Shown piece after piece: positions 14,101-26,855 of a stretch of DNA of 64,000 nt. The DNA lies in NCBI GenBank assembly GCA_964016885.1, contig OZ024740.1, positions 292,764,001-292,828,000 on the forward strand, in the 5' to 3' direction. Position 1 is the first letter of the stretch; each line of letters opens with the position of its first letter. The notes below the pieces were generated by a model, which did not search any database, was not told the DNA's origin, and was given only the letters and a program-made list of their open reading frames with translations. The position numbers and the translations under genes were made by a program. The DNA comes from Eledone cirrhosa. Lineage: Eukaryota.

Positions 14101-17100
14101 TAGCGGCGCTAACGTCGCTTTGTTCGTTTGTAAACAAACTGAACAGCCTGAATTTATGCCATACGGTGTTAAGGCAACCACGTCACCTTTTTGTTCAACA
14201 CTGACACAGGAACGATGTACTAGTTTCAAGCTTGTTAGCTATCATCAGCACCGTTTACCCATCTGCCAGATAGTTGAACGTTCGAAAGTATATACTTTCC
14301 TTATGAAAATTAACGGCTGAGCAGCCTAATTTGCATATTGAGTGAGTTAAATCGGTCAGGCATACCGAAAACGATAAATTGAAACAAAATGAAAACGAAA
14401 TTTCATTTCTCACTCTTAGTATGGCACTTACTTAAATGTAAGTATGCATGTATACGTACATACATATATGTATACAGACGTACAGTAGCATGCACATATA
14501 TATATATATATACATATATACATACATATGCATACAGGTACACATACATATATGCACGTATCAGTTTAGCGGCGCTAACGTCGCTTTGTTCGTTTGTAAA
14601 CAAACTGAACAGCCTGAATTTATGCCATACGGTGTTAAGGCAACCACGTCACCTTTTTGTTCAACACTGACACAGGAACGATGTACTAGTTTCAAGCTTG
14701 TTAGCTATCATCAGCACCGTTTACCCATCTGCCAGATAGTTGAACGTTCGAAAGTATATACTTTCCTTATGAAAATTAACGGCTGAGCAGCCTAATTTGC
14801 ATATTGAGTGAGTTAAATCGGTCAGGCATACCGAAAACGATAAATTGAAACAAAATGAAAACGAAATTTCATTTCTCACTCTTAGTATGGCACTTACTTA
14901 AATGTAAGTATGCATGTATACGTACATACATATATGTATACAGACGTACAGTAGCATGCACATATATATATATATATACATATATACATACATATGCATA
15001 CAGGTACACATACATATATGCCCGTATCAGTTTAGCGGCGCTAACGTCGCTTTGTTCGTTTGTAAACAAACTGAACAGCCTGAATTTATGCCATACGGTG
15101 TTAAGGCAACCACGTCACCTTTTTGTTCAACACTGACACAGGAACGATGTACTAGTTTCAAGCTTGTTAGCTATCATCAGCACCGTTTACCCATCTGCCA
15201 GATAGTTGAACGTTCGAAAGTATATACTTTCCTTATGAAAATTAACGGCTGAGCAGCCTAATTTGCATATTGAGTGAGTTAAATCGGTCAGGCATACCGA
15301 AAACGATAAATTGAAACAAAATGAAAACGAAATTTCATTTCTCACTCTTAGTATGGCACTTACTTAAATGTAAGTATGCATGTATACGTACATACATATA
15401 TGTATACAGACGTACAGTAGCATGCACATATATATATATATATATACATATATACATACATATGCATACAGGTACACATACATATATGCACGTATCAGTT
15501 TAGCGGCGCTAACGTCGCTTTGTTCGTTTGTAAACAAACTGAACAGCCTGAATTTATGCCATACGGTGTTAAGGCAACCACGTCACCTTTTTGTTCAACA
15601 CTGACACAGGAACGATGTACTAGTTTCAAGCTTGTTAGCTATCATCAGCACCGTTTACCCATCTGCCAGATAGTTGAACGTTCGAAAGTATATACTTTCC
15701 TTATGAAAATTAACGGCTGAGCAGCCTAATTTGCATATTGAGTGAGTTAAATCGGTCAGGCATACCGAAAACGATAAATTGAAACAAAATGAAAACGAAA
15801 TTTCATTTCTCACTCTTAGTATGGCACTTACTTAAATGTAAGTATGCATGTATACGTACATACATATATGTATACAGACGTACAGTAGCATGCACATATA
15901 TATATATATATACATATATACATACATATGCATACAGGTACACATACATATATGCACGTATCAGTTTAGCGGCGCTAACGTCGCTTTGTTCGTTTGTAAA
16001 CAAACTGAACAGCCTGAATTTATGCCATACGGTGTTAAGGCAACCACGTCACCTTTTTGTTCAACACTGACACAGGAACGATGTACTAGTTTCAAGCTTG
16101 TTAGCTATCATCAGCACCGTTTACCCATCTGCCAGATAGTTGAACGTTCGAAAGTATATACTTTCCTTATGAAAATTAACGGCTGAGCAGCCTAATTTGC
16201 ATATTGAGTGAGTTAAATCGGTCAGGCATACCGAAAACGATAAATTGAAACAAAATGAAAACGAAATTTCATTTCTCACTCTTAGTATGGCACTTACTTA
16301 AATGTAAGTATGCATGTATACGTACATACATATATGTATACAGACGTACAGTAGCATGCACATATATATATATATATACATATATACATACATATGCATA
16401 CAGGTACACATACATATATGCACGTATCAGTTTAGCGGCGCTAACGTCGCTTTGTTCGTTTGTAAACAAACTGAACAGCCTGAATTTATGCCATACGGTG
16501 TTAAGGCAACCACGTCACCTTTTTGTTCAACACTGACACAGGAACGATGTACTAGTTTCAAGCTTGTTAGCTATCATCAGCACCGTTTACCCATCTGCCA
16601 GATAGTTGAACGTTCGAAAGTATATACTTTCCTTATGAAAATTAACGGCTGAGCAGCCTAATTTGCATATTGAGTGAGTTAAATCGGTCAGGCATACCGA
16701 AAACGATAAATTGAAACAAAATGAAAACGAAATTTCATTTCTCACTCTTAGTATGGCACTTACTTAAATGTAAGTATGCATGTATACGTACATACATATA
16801 TGTATACAGACGTACAGTAGCATGCACATATATATATATATATATACATATATACATACATATGCATACAGGTACACATACATATATGCACGTATCAGTT
16901 TAGCGGCGCTAACGTCGCTTTGTTCGTTTGTAAACAAACTGAACAGCCTGAATTTATGCCATACGGTGTTAAGGCAACCACGTCACCTTTTTGTTCAACA
17001 CTGACACAGGAACGATGTACTAGTTTCAAGCTTGTTAGCTATCATCAGCACCGTTTACCCATCTGCCAGATAGTTGAACGTTCGAAAGTATATACTTTCC

Positions 17101-17424
17101 TTATGAAAATTAACGGCTGAGCAGCCTAATTTGCATATTGAGTGAGTTAAATCGGTCAGGCATACCGAAAACGATAAATTGAAACAAAATGAAAACGAAA
17201 TTTCATTTCTCACTCTTAGTATGGCACTTACTTAAATGTAAGTATGCATGTATACGTACATACATATATGTATACAGACGTACAGTAGCATGCACATATA
17301 TATATATATATACATATATACATACATATGCATACAGGTACACATACATATATGCACGTATCAGTTTAGCGGCGCTAACGTCGCTTTGTTCGTTTGTAAA
17401 CAAACTGAACAGCCTGAATTTATG
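5112..17424 (-). repeat. Left arm of 466-bp tandem array (~26.4 units; 26 hammerheads on the minus strand); retrozyme-like satellite
   Basis: ORF track repeats every 466 bp (468 bp for units starting near 8327, 11125, 15321 and 16721). Substitutions seen only near 8353 and 15022. Strand given is the ribozyme-sense strand. Confidence 0.97.
5353..5397 (-). ncRNA. Minimal type I hammerhead ribozyme (first of 26 copies in the left arm)
   Basis: AACGGUG-CUGAUGA-U-AGCU-aaca-AGCU-U-GAAA-CUAG-UA-CAUCGUU. 7-bp stem I, intact CUGAUGA/GAAA core, palindromic stem III ACUAGU, predicted cleavage after GUA between 5360 and 5359. Confidence 0.88.
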
Positions 17425-17560
17425 TACATATATGTATGTACGTATACATGCATACTTACATTTAAGTAAGTGCCATACTAAGAGTGAGAAATGAAATTTC
17501 GTTTTCATTTTGTTTCAATTTATCGTTTTCGGTATGCCTGACCGATTTAACTCACTCAAT

Positions 17561-17613
17561 ATGCAAATTAGGCTGCTCAGCCGTTAATTTTCATAAGGAA
17601 AGTATATACTTTC
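17561..17613 (+). promoter_or_regulatory. Candidate promoter in each unit: octamer ATGCAAAT plus palindrome GAAAGTATATACTTTC containing TATATA
   Basis: Motifs seen at 17561-17568 and 17598-17613, upstream of the hammerhead in ribozyme sense. Function is inferred only. Confidence 0.35.
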
Positions 17614-17641
17614 GAACGTTCAACTATCTGGCAGATGGGTA

Positions 17642-17686
17642 AACGGTGCTGATGATAGCTAACAAGCTTGAAACTAGTACATCGTT
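17642..17686 (+). ncRNA. Minimal type I hammerhead ribozyme (first of 17 copies in the right arm)
   Basis: aacggtg-ctgatga-tagctaacaagctt-gaaa-ctag-ta-catcgtt; predicted cleavage after 17679. Confidence 0.88.
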
Positions 17687-20600
17687 CCTGTGTCAGTGTT
17701 GAACAAAAAGGTGACGTGGTTGCCTTAACACCGTATGGCATAAATTCAGGCTGTTCAGTTTGTTTACAAACGAACAAAGCGACGTTAGCGCCGCTAAACT
17801 GATACGTGCATATATGTATGTGTACCTGTATGCATATGTATGTATATATGTATATATATATATATATGTGCATGCTACTGTACGTCTGTATACATATATG
17901 TATGTACGTATACATGCATACTTACATTTAAGTAAGTGCCATACTAAGAGTGAGAAATGAAATTTCGTTTTCATTTTGTTTCAATTTATCGTTTTCGGTA
18001 TGCCTGACCGATTTAACTCACTCAATATGCAAATTAGGCTGCTCAGCCGTTAATTTTCATAAGGAAAGTATATACTTTCGAACGTTCAACTATCTGGCAG
18101 ATGGGTAAACGGTGCTGATGATAGCTAACAAGCTTGAAACTAGTACATCGTTCCTGTGTCAGTGTTGAACAAAAAGGTGACGTGGTTGCCTTAACACCGT
18201 ATGGCATAAATTCAGGCTGTTCAGTTTGTTTACAAACGAACAAAGCGACGTTAGCGCCGCTAAACTGATACGTGCATATATGTATGTGTACCTGTATGCA
18301 TATGTATGTATATATGTATATATATATATATATATGTGCATGCTACTGTACGTCTGTATACATATATGTATGTACGTATACATGCATACTTACATTTAAG
18401 TAAGTGCCATACTAAGAGTGAGAAATGAAATTTCGTTTTCATTTTGTTTCAATTTATCGTTTTCGGTATGCCTGACCGATTTAACTCACTCAATATGCAA
18501 ATTAGGCTGCTCAGCCGTTAATTTTCATAAGGAAAGTATATACTTTCGAACGTTCAACTATCTGGCAGATGGGTAAACGGTGCTGATGATAGCTAACAAG
18601 CTTGAAACTAGTACATCGTTCCTGTGTCAGTGTTGAACAAAAAGGTGACGTGGTTGCCTTAACACCGTATGGCATAAATTCAGGCTGTTCAGTTTGTTTA
18701 CAAACGAACAAAGCGACGTTAGCGCCGCTAAACTGATACGTGCATATATGTATGTGTACCTGTATGCATATGTATGTATATATGTATATATATATATATA
18801 TGTGCATGCTACTGTACGTCTGTATACATATATGTATGTACGTATACATGCATACTTACATTTAAGTAAGTGCCATACTAAGAGTGAGAAATGAAATTTC
18901 GTTTTCATTTTGTTTCAATTTATCGTTTTCGGTATGCCTGACCGATTTAACTCACTCAATATGCAAATTAGGCTGCTCAGCCGTTAATTTTCATAAGGAA
19001 AGTATATACTTTCGAACGTTCAACTATCTGGCAGATGGGTAAACGGTGCTGATGATAGCTAACAAGCTTGAAACTAGTACATCGTTCCTGTGTCAGTGTT
19101 GAACAAAAAGGTGACGTGGTTGCCTTAACACCGTATGGCATAAATTCAGGCTGTTCAGTTTGTTTACAAACGAACAAAGCGACGTTAGCGCCGCTAAACT
19201 GATACGTGCATATATGTATGTGTACCTGTATGCATATGTATGTATATATGTATATATATATATATATGTGCATGCTACTGTACGTCTGTATACATATATG
19301 TATGTACGTATACATGCATACTTACATTTAAGTAAGTGCCATACTAAGAGTGAGAAATGAAATTTCGTTTTCATTTTGTTTCAATTTATCGTTTTCGGTA
19401 TGCCTGACCGATTTAACTCACTCAATATGCAAATTAGGCTGCTCAGCCGTTAATTTTCATAAGGAAAGTATATACTTTCGAACGTTCAACTATCTGGCAG
19501 ATGGGTAAACGGTGCTGATGATAGCTAACAAGCTTGAAACTAGTACATCGTTCCTGTGTCAGTGTTGAACAAAAAGGTGACGTGGTTGCCTTAACACCGT
19601 ATGGCATAAATTCAGGCTGTTCAGTTTGTTTACAAACGAACAAAGCGACGTTAGCGCCGCTAAACTGATACGTGCATATATGTATGTGTACCTGTATGCA
19701 TATGTATGTATATATGTATATATATATATATATGTGCATGCTACTGTACGTCTGTATACATATATGTATGTACGTATACATGCATACTTACATTTAAGTA
19801 AGTGCCATACTAAGAGTGAGAAATGAAATTTCGTTTTCATTTTGTTTCAATTTATCGTTTTCGGTATGCCTGACCGATTTAACTCACTCAATATGCAAAT
19901 TAGGCTGCTCAGCCGTTAATTTTCATAAGGAAAGTATATACTTTCGAACGTTCAACTATCTGGCAGATGGGTAAACGGTGCTGATGATAGCTAACAAGCT
20001 TGAAACTAGTACATCGTTCCTGTGTCAGTGTTGAACAAAAAGGTGACGTGGTTGCCTTAACACCGTATGGCATAAATTCAGGCTGTTCAGTTTGTTTACA
20101 AACGAACAAAGCGACGTTAGCGCCGCTAAACTGATACGTGCATATATGTATGTGTACCTGTATGCATATGTATGTATATATGTATATATATATATATATG
20201 TGCATGCTACTGTACGTCTGTATACATATATGTATGTACGTATACATGCATACTTACATTTAAGTAAGTGCCATACTAAGAGTGAGAAATGAAATTTCGT
20301 TTTCATTTTGTTTCAATTTATCGTTTTCGGTATGCCTGACCGATTTAACTCACTCAATATGCAAATTAGGCTGCTCAGCCGTTAATTTTCATAAGGAAAG
20401 TATATACTTTCGAACGTTCAACTATCTGGCAGATGGGTAAACGGTGCTGATGATAGCTAACAAGCTTGAAACTAGTACATCGTTCCTGTGTCAGTGTTGA
20501 ACAAAAAGGTGACGTGGTTGCCTTAACACCGTATGGCATAAATTCAGGCTGTTCAGTTTGTTTACAAACGAACAAAGCGACGTTAGCGCCGCTAAACTGA

Positions 20601-23600
20601 TACGTGCATATATGTATGTGTACCTGTATGCATATGTATGTATATATGTATATATATATATATATATGTGCATGCTACTGTACGTCTGTATACATATATG
20701 TATGTACGTATACATGCATACTTACATTTAAGTAAGTGCCATACTAAGAGTGAGAAATGAAATTTCGTTTTCATTTTGTTTCAATTTATCGTTTTCGGTA
20801 TGCCTGACCGATTTAACTCACTCAATATGCAAATTAGGCTGCTCAGCCGTTAATTTTCATAAGGAAAGTATATACTTTCGAACGTTCAACTATCTGGCAG
20901 ATGGGTAAACGGTGCTGATGATAGCTAACAAGCTTGAAACTAGTACATCGTTCCTGTGTCAGTGTTGAACAAAAAGGTGACGTGGTTGCCTTAACACCGT
21001 ATGGCATAAATTCAGGCTGTTCAGTTTGTTTACAAACGAACAAAGCGACGTTAGCGCCGCTAAACTGATACGTGCATATATGTATGTGTACCTGTATGCA
21101 TATGTATGTATATATGTATATATATATATATATATGTGCATGCTACTGTACGTCTGTATACATATATGTATGTACGTATACATGCATACTTACATTTAAG
21201 TAAGTGCCATACTAAGAGTGAGAAATGAAATTTCGTTTTCATTTTGTTTCAATTTATCGTTTTCGGTATGCCTGACCGATTTAACTCACTCAATATGCAA
21301 ATTAGGCTGCTCAGCCGTTAATTTTCATAAGGAAAGTATATACTTTCGAACGTTCAACTATCTGGCAGATGGGTAAACGGTGCTGATGATAGCTAACAAG
21401 CTTGAAACTAGTACATCGTTCCTGTGTCAGTGTTGAACAAAAAGGTGACGTGGTTGCCTTAACACCGTATGGCATAAATTCAGGCTGTTCAGTTTGTTTA
21501 CAAACGAACAAAGCGACGTTAGCGCCGCTAAACTGATACGTGCATATATGTATGTGTACCTGTATGCATATGTATGTATATATGTATATATATATATATA
21601 TGTGCATGCTACTGTACGTCTGTATACATATATGTATGTACGTATACATGCATACTTACATTTAAGTAAGTGCCATACTAAGAGTGAGAAATGAAATTTC
21701 GTTTTCATTTTGTTTCAATTTATCGTTTTCGGTATGCCTGACCGATTTAACTCACTCAATATGCAAATTAGGCTGCTCAGCCGTTAATTTTCATAAGGAA
21801 AGTATATACTTTCGAACGTTCAACTATCTGGCAGATGGGTAAACGGTGCTGATGATAGCTAACAAGCTTGAAACTAGTACATCGTTCCTGTGTCAGTGTT
21901 GAACAAAAAGGTGACGTGGTTGCCTTAACACCGTATGGCATAAATTCAGGCTGTTCAGTTTGTTTACAAACGAACAAAGCGACGTTAGCGCCGCTAAACT
22001 GATACGTGCATATATGTATGTGTACCTGTATGCATATGTATGTATATATATATATATATGTGCATGCTACTGTACGTCTGTATACATATATGTATGTACG
22101 TATACATGCATACTTACATTTAAGTAAGTGCCATACTAAGAGTGAGAAATGAAATTTCGTTTTCATTTTGTTTCAATTTATCGTTTTCGGTATGCCTGAC
22201 CGATTTAACTCACTCAATATGCAAATTAGGCTGCTCAGCCGTTAATTTTCATAAGGAAAGTATATACTTTCGAACGTTCAACTATCTGGCAGATGGGTAA
22301 ACGGTGCTGATGATAGCTAACAAGCTTGAAACTAGTACATCGTTCCTGTGTCAGTGTTGAACAAAAAGGTGACGTGGTTGCCTTAACACCGTATGGCATA
22401 AATTCAGGCTGTTCAGTTTGTTTACAAACGAACAAAGCGACGTTAGCGCCGCTAAACTGATACGTGCATATATGTATGTGTACCTGTATGCATATGTATG
22501 TATATATGTATATATATATATATATGTGCATGCTACTGTACGTCTGTATACATATATGTATGTACGTATACATGCATACTTACATTTAAGTAAGTGCCAT
22601 ACTAAGAGTGAGAAATGAAATTTCGTTTTCATTTTGTTTCAATTTATCGTTTTCGGTATGCCTGACCGATTTAACTCACTCAATATGCAAATTAGGCTGC
22701 TCAGCCGTTAATTTTCATAAGGAAAGTATATACTTTCGAACGTTCAACTATCTGGCAGATGGGTAAACGGTGCTGATGATAGCTAACAAGCTTGAAACTA
22801 GTACATCGTTCCTGTGTCAGTGTTGAACAAAAAGGTGACGTGGTTGCCTTAACACCGTATGGCATAAATTCAGGCTGTTCAGTTTGTTTACAAACGAACA
22901 AAGCGACGTTAGCGCCGCTAAACTGATACGTGCATATATGTATGTGTACCTGTATGCATATGTATGTATATATGTATATATATATATATATGTGCATGCT
23001 ACTGTACGTCTGTATACATATATGTATGTACGTATACATGCATACTTACATTTAAGTAAGTGCCATACTAAGAGTGAGAAATGAAATTTCGTTTTCATTT
23101 TGTTTCAATTTATCGTTTTCGGTATGCCTGACCGATTTAACTCACTCAATATGCAAATTAGGCTGCTCAGCCGTTAATTTTCATAAGGAAAGTATATACT
23201 TTCGAACGTTCAACTATCTGGCAGATGGGTAAACGGTGCTGATGATAGCTAACAAGCTTGAAACTAGTACATCGTTCCTGTGTCAGTGTTGAACAAAAAG
23301 GTGACGTGGTTGCCTTAACACCGTATGGCATAAATTCAGGCTGTTCAGTTTGTTTACAAACGAACAAAGCGACGTTAGCGCCGCTAAACTGATACGTGCA
23401 TATATGTATGTGTACCTGTATGCATATGTATGTATATATGTATATATATATATATATATGTGCATGCTACTGTACGTCTGTATACATATATGTATGTACG
23501 TATACATGCATACTTACATTTAAGTAAGTGCCATACTAAGAGTGAGAAATGAAATTTCGTTTTCATTTTGTTTCAATTTATCGTTTTCGGTATGCCTGAC

Positions 23601-25507
23601 CGATTTAACTCACTCAATATGCAAATTAGGCTGCTCAGCCGTTAATTTTCATAAGGAAAGTATATACTTTCGAACGTTCAACTATCTGGCAGATGGGTAA
23701 ACGGTGCTGATGATAGCTAACAAGCTTGAAACTAGTACATCGTTCCTGTGTCAGTGTTGAACAAAAAGGTGACGTGGTTGCCTTAACACCGTATGGCATA
23801 AATTCAGGCTGTTCAGTTTGTTTACAAACGAACAAAGCGACGTTAGCGCCGCTAAACTGATACGTGCATATATGTATGTGTACCTGTATGCATATGTATG
23901 TATATATGTATATATATATATATATGTGCATGCTACTGTACGTCTGTATACATATATGTATGTACGTATACATGCATACTTACATTTAAGTAAGTGCCAT
24001 ACTAAGAGTGAGAAATGAAATTTCGTTTTCATTTTGTTTCAATTTATCGTTTTCGGTATGCCTGACCGATTTAACTCACTCAATATGCAAATTAGGCTGC
24101 TCAGCCGTTAATTTTCATAAGGAAAGTATATACTTTCGAACGTTCAACTATCTGGCAGATGGGTAAACGGTGCTGATGATAGCTAACAAGCTTGAAACTA
24201 GTACATCGTTCCTGTGTCAGTGTTGAACAAAAAGGTGACGTGGTTGCCTTAACACCGTATGGCATAAATTCAGGCTGTTCAGTTTGTTTACAAACGAACA
24301 AAGCGACGTTAGCGCCGCTAAACTGATACGTGCATATATGTATGTGTACCTGTATGCATATGTATGTATATATGTATATATATATATATATATGTGCATG
24401 CTACTGTACGTCTGTATACATATATGTATGTACGTATACATGCATACTTACATTTAAGTAAGTGCCATACTAAGAGTGAGAAATGAAATTTCGTTTTCAT
24501 TTTGTTTCAATTTATCGTTTTCGGTATGCCTGACCGATTTAACTCACTCAATATGCAAATTAGGCTGCTCAGCCGTTAATTTTCATAAGGAAAGTATATA
24601 CTTTCGAACGTTCAACTATCTGGCAGATGGGTAAACGGTGCTGATGATAGCTAACAAGCTTGAAACTAGTACATCGTTCCTGTGTCAGTGTTGAACAAAA
24701 AGGTGACGTGGTTGCCTTAACACCGTATGGCATAAATTCAGGCTGTTCAGTTTGTTTACAAACGAACAAAGCGACGTTAGCGCCGCTAAACTGATACGTG
24801 CATATATGTATGTGTACCTGTATGCATATGTATGTATATATGTATATATATATATATATGTGCATGCTACTGTACGTCTGTATACATATATGTATGTACG
24901 TATACATGCATACTTACATTTAAGTAAGTGCCATACTAAGAGTGAGAAATGAAATTTCGTTTTCATTTTGTTTCAATTTATCGTTTTCGGTATGCCTGAC
25001 CGATTTAACTCACTCAATATGCAAATTAGGCTGCTCAGCCGTTAATTTTCATAAGGAAAGTATATACTTTCGAACGTTCAACTATCTGGCAGATGGGTAA
25101 ACGGTGCTGATGATAGCTAACAAGCTTGAAACTAGTACATCGTTCCTGTGTCAGTGTTGAACAAAAAGGTGACGTGGTTGCCTTAACACCGTATGGCATA
25201 AATTCAGGCTGTTCAGTTTGTTTACAAACGAACAAAGCGACGTTAGCGCCGCTAAACTGATACGTGCATATATGTATGTGTACCTGTATGCATATGTATG
25301 TATATATGTATATATATATATATATGTGCATGCTACTGTACGTCTGTATACATATATGTATGTACGTATACATGCATACTTACATTTAAGTAAGTGCCAT
25401 ACTAAGAGTGAGAAATGAAATTTCGTTTTCATTTTGTTTCAATTTATATATATATATATATACATATATATATCTACATATATTTATATATATATATATA
25501 TATATAT

Positions 25508-26855
25508 TCAGGTTTGAGGTTCACCACTGTATAGAGCTGGTCTATTCCGTATGGTCAATCGTAATGCAATAATATAGAGAGTACTCAACGTAAAGCAGTT
25601 CAACCGTCTTTGTTTTTGTAGTTGGTGGTGCTATTACGGAGTTAAATATTATAATGAAATGACAGGAGGCTGGATTTGTGTAAATCCTTGAAAGGTTTAT
25701 TATACTATGATCATTTCAATGACCGGGTTCCGTATGAATCCGGTGATATCATCAGGTATTCGAAATATAATACGTGAATGTAATAGGTAAAATCCATGGG
25801 GCTGAAAATCGAGACCCGAGGGCGACCGCTATTCTGTTCCTTCAACCTCAGCCGGTCGCCCTGGAGTGACGTGGCTAAATTTTATAGTATGCTACTACCG
25901 GTCAGATGAACGAAAACAGAAAGAGATGGGAGCATAGGTTAACGTCGATCCCATGACACAAGGTAAAAGAAAGAAAGAAAGGTAGGAGGAGAAGGGGGAA
26001 GAAAGAAGAAGAGAAGTCAGGGTTAATGTCAGCTAAAAGAGGAAGGTAACTACTACTGGTCAGATATAGGCAAGCAAGAGGAGGAAGGAAGATAAGTCTG
26101 CGGGAGGAGGAGAGGAGAGAAGGAAGGGAAGAGAGAAGTAGAAAAGTAAGGGTTGATGGCTACAAGAAGTAAGATAGAAAGGAAGAGGAAGAAAGGTCGA
26201 TATTAATGTCAGACCACAGTCAAGCCAGGAGTGGCGCGGGAAAATTTTCGCAGGGACCCGCATCTTAGCGGAGATGAATATATTGGGAGTCAGTGTTTTA
26301 CAGTGTTTAGACTTCTAGGATGAAGTTAAAAAAATTAATAATCAATATTCAATATTAAAGAGGTTAGAAAATTTAAAGTTCAACAGTTTAACAATTAATT
26401 ATATAATAGTTCCGATTTGTTCTGTAATTTAAAGGTACTATTTGGCGGTTAAAATAACGGCCGCGCCCCGGGCCCCATGGCGAATTAAGCCACGCCGAGT
26501 ATTTTCATTTACTGAAAGAAGGGGAAATTTATTTTTCCAAGCACTCCAGGTGAGCTCGTTCGCCAGGGAGCTGGTCGCGCCGCCACTAAAACCCACCCAA
26601 CAGTCCGACAGAAAGTTGGAACTTTAAAATTTAGCTTAGAGAAGTAAAAGAGTAATGGTTGATAGCTACAAGAAGGGAGATAGAAAGAGAGAGGAAGGAA
26701 GGTCGATATTAATGTCACACCACAGTCGGGCCAGGAGTGGCGCGACAAAATTTTCACAGGGACTCGCATCTTAGCAGAGGTGAATATATTGGGGGTCAGT
26801 GTGTTACAATGTTTAGACTTATAGGATGAAGTTAAAAAATTAATAAATTAATAAT
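25508..26855 (-). mobile_element. Probable PLE terminal region with partial direct duplication (~26130-26345 vs ~26635-26860) and a hammerhead
   Basis: Two diverged copies of aaggtcgatattaatgtca...ggatgaagttaaaaaa; hammerhead at 25702-25759; terminus fused to (TA)n. No convincing ORF. Confidence 0.5.
25702..25759 (-). ncRNA. Minimal type I hammerhead ribozyme motif
   Basis: Minus strand: AUAC-CUGAUGA-U-AUCACCGGAUUC-auacg-GAACCCGGUCAU-U-GAAA-UGAUCA-UA-GUAU; palindromic stem III AUGAUCAU; predicted cleavage after AUA. Confidence 0.78.

Larger units (their letters stand above)
17425..25447 (+). repeat. Right (inverted) arm of the 466-bp array (~17.2 units; 17 hammerheads on the plus strand)
   Basis: Reverse complement of the left-arm unit. 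Five 468-bp units and one 458-bp unit, all differing in the internal TA/TG run. Ends ...tttcaatttat fused to (AT)n. Confidence 0.97.

Noticed and set aside
17237-17460. Inversion as a simple fold-back sequencing artefact
   Set aside because: The outer flanks differ, the arms end at different registers and unit variants are not mirrored. Copy number and the junction still need read-level confirmation.
17715-17745. Second ribozyme (twister-like GCCUUAACAC, or an opposite-strand hammerhead) in the unit
   Set aside because: The remaining twister core and pseudoknots are not found, and there is no CUGANGA on the opposite strand.
5124-25432. Repeated 60-129 aa ORFs (MKTKFHF..., MYTYIH..., MFTNEQ...) in every unit
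   Set aside because: They overlap in several frames, run through a TA-rich low-complexity tract, have no recognisable domain and are frameshifted by the TA-length variants.
5112-25447. CRISPR array or tandem 5S/tRNA/snRNA/SL-RNA gene cluster
   Set aside because: There are no variable spacers or cas genes in this eukaryotic context, and I see no 5S, tRNA, U snRNA or spliced-leader sequence in the unit.
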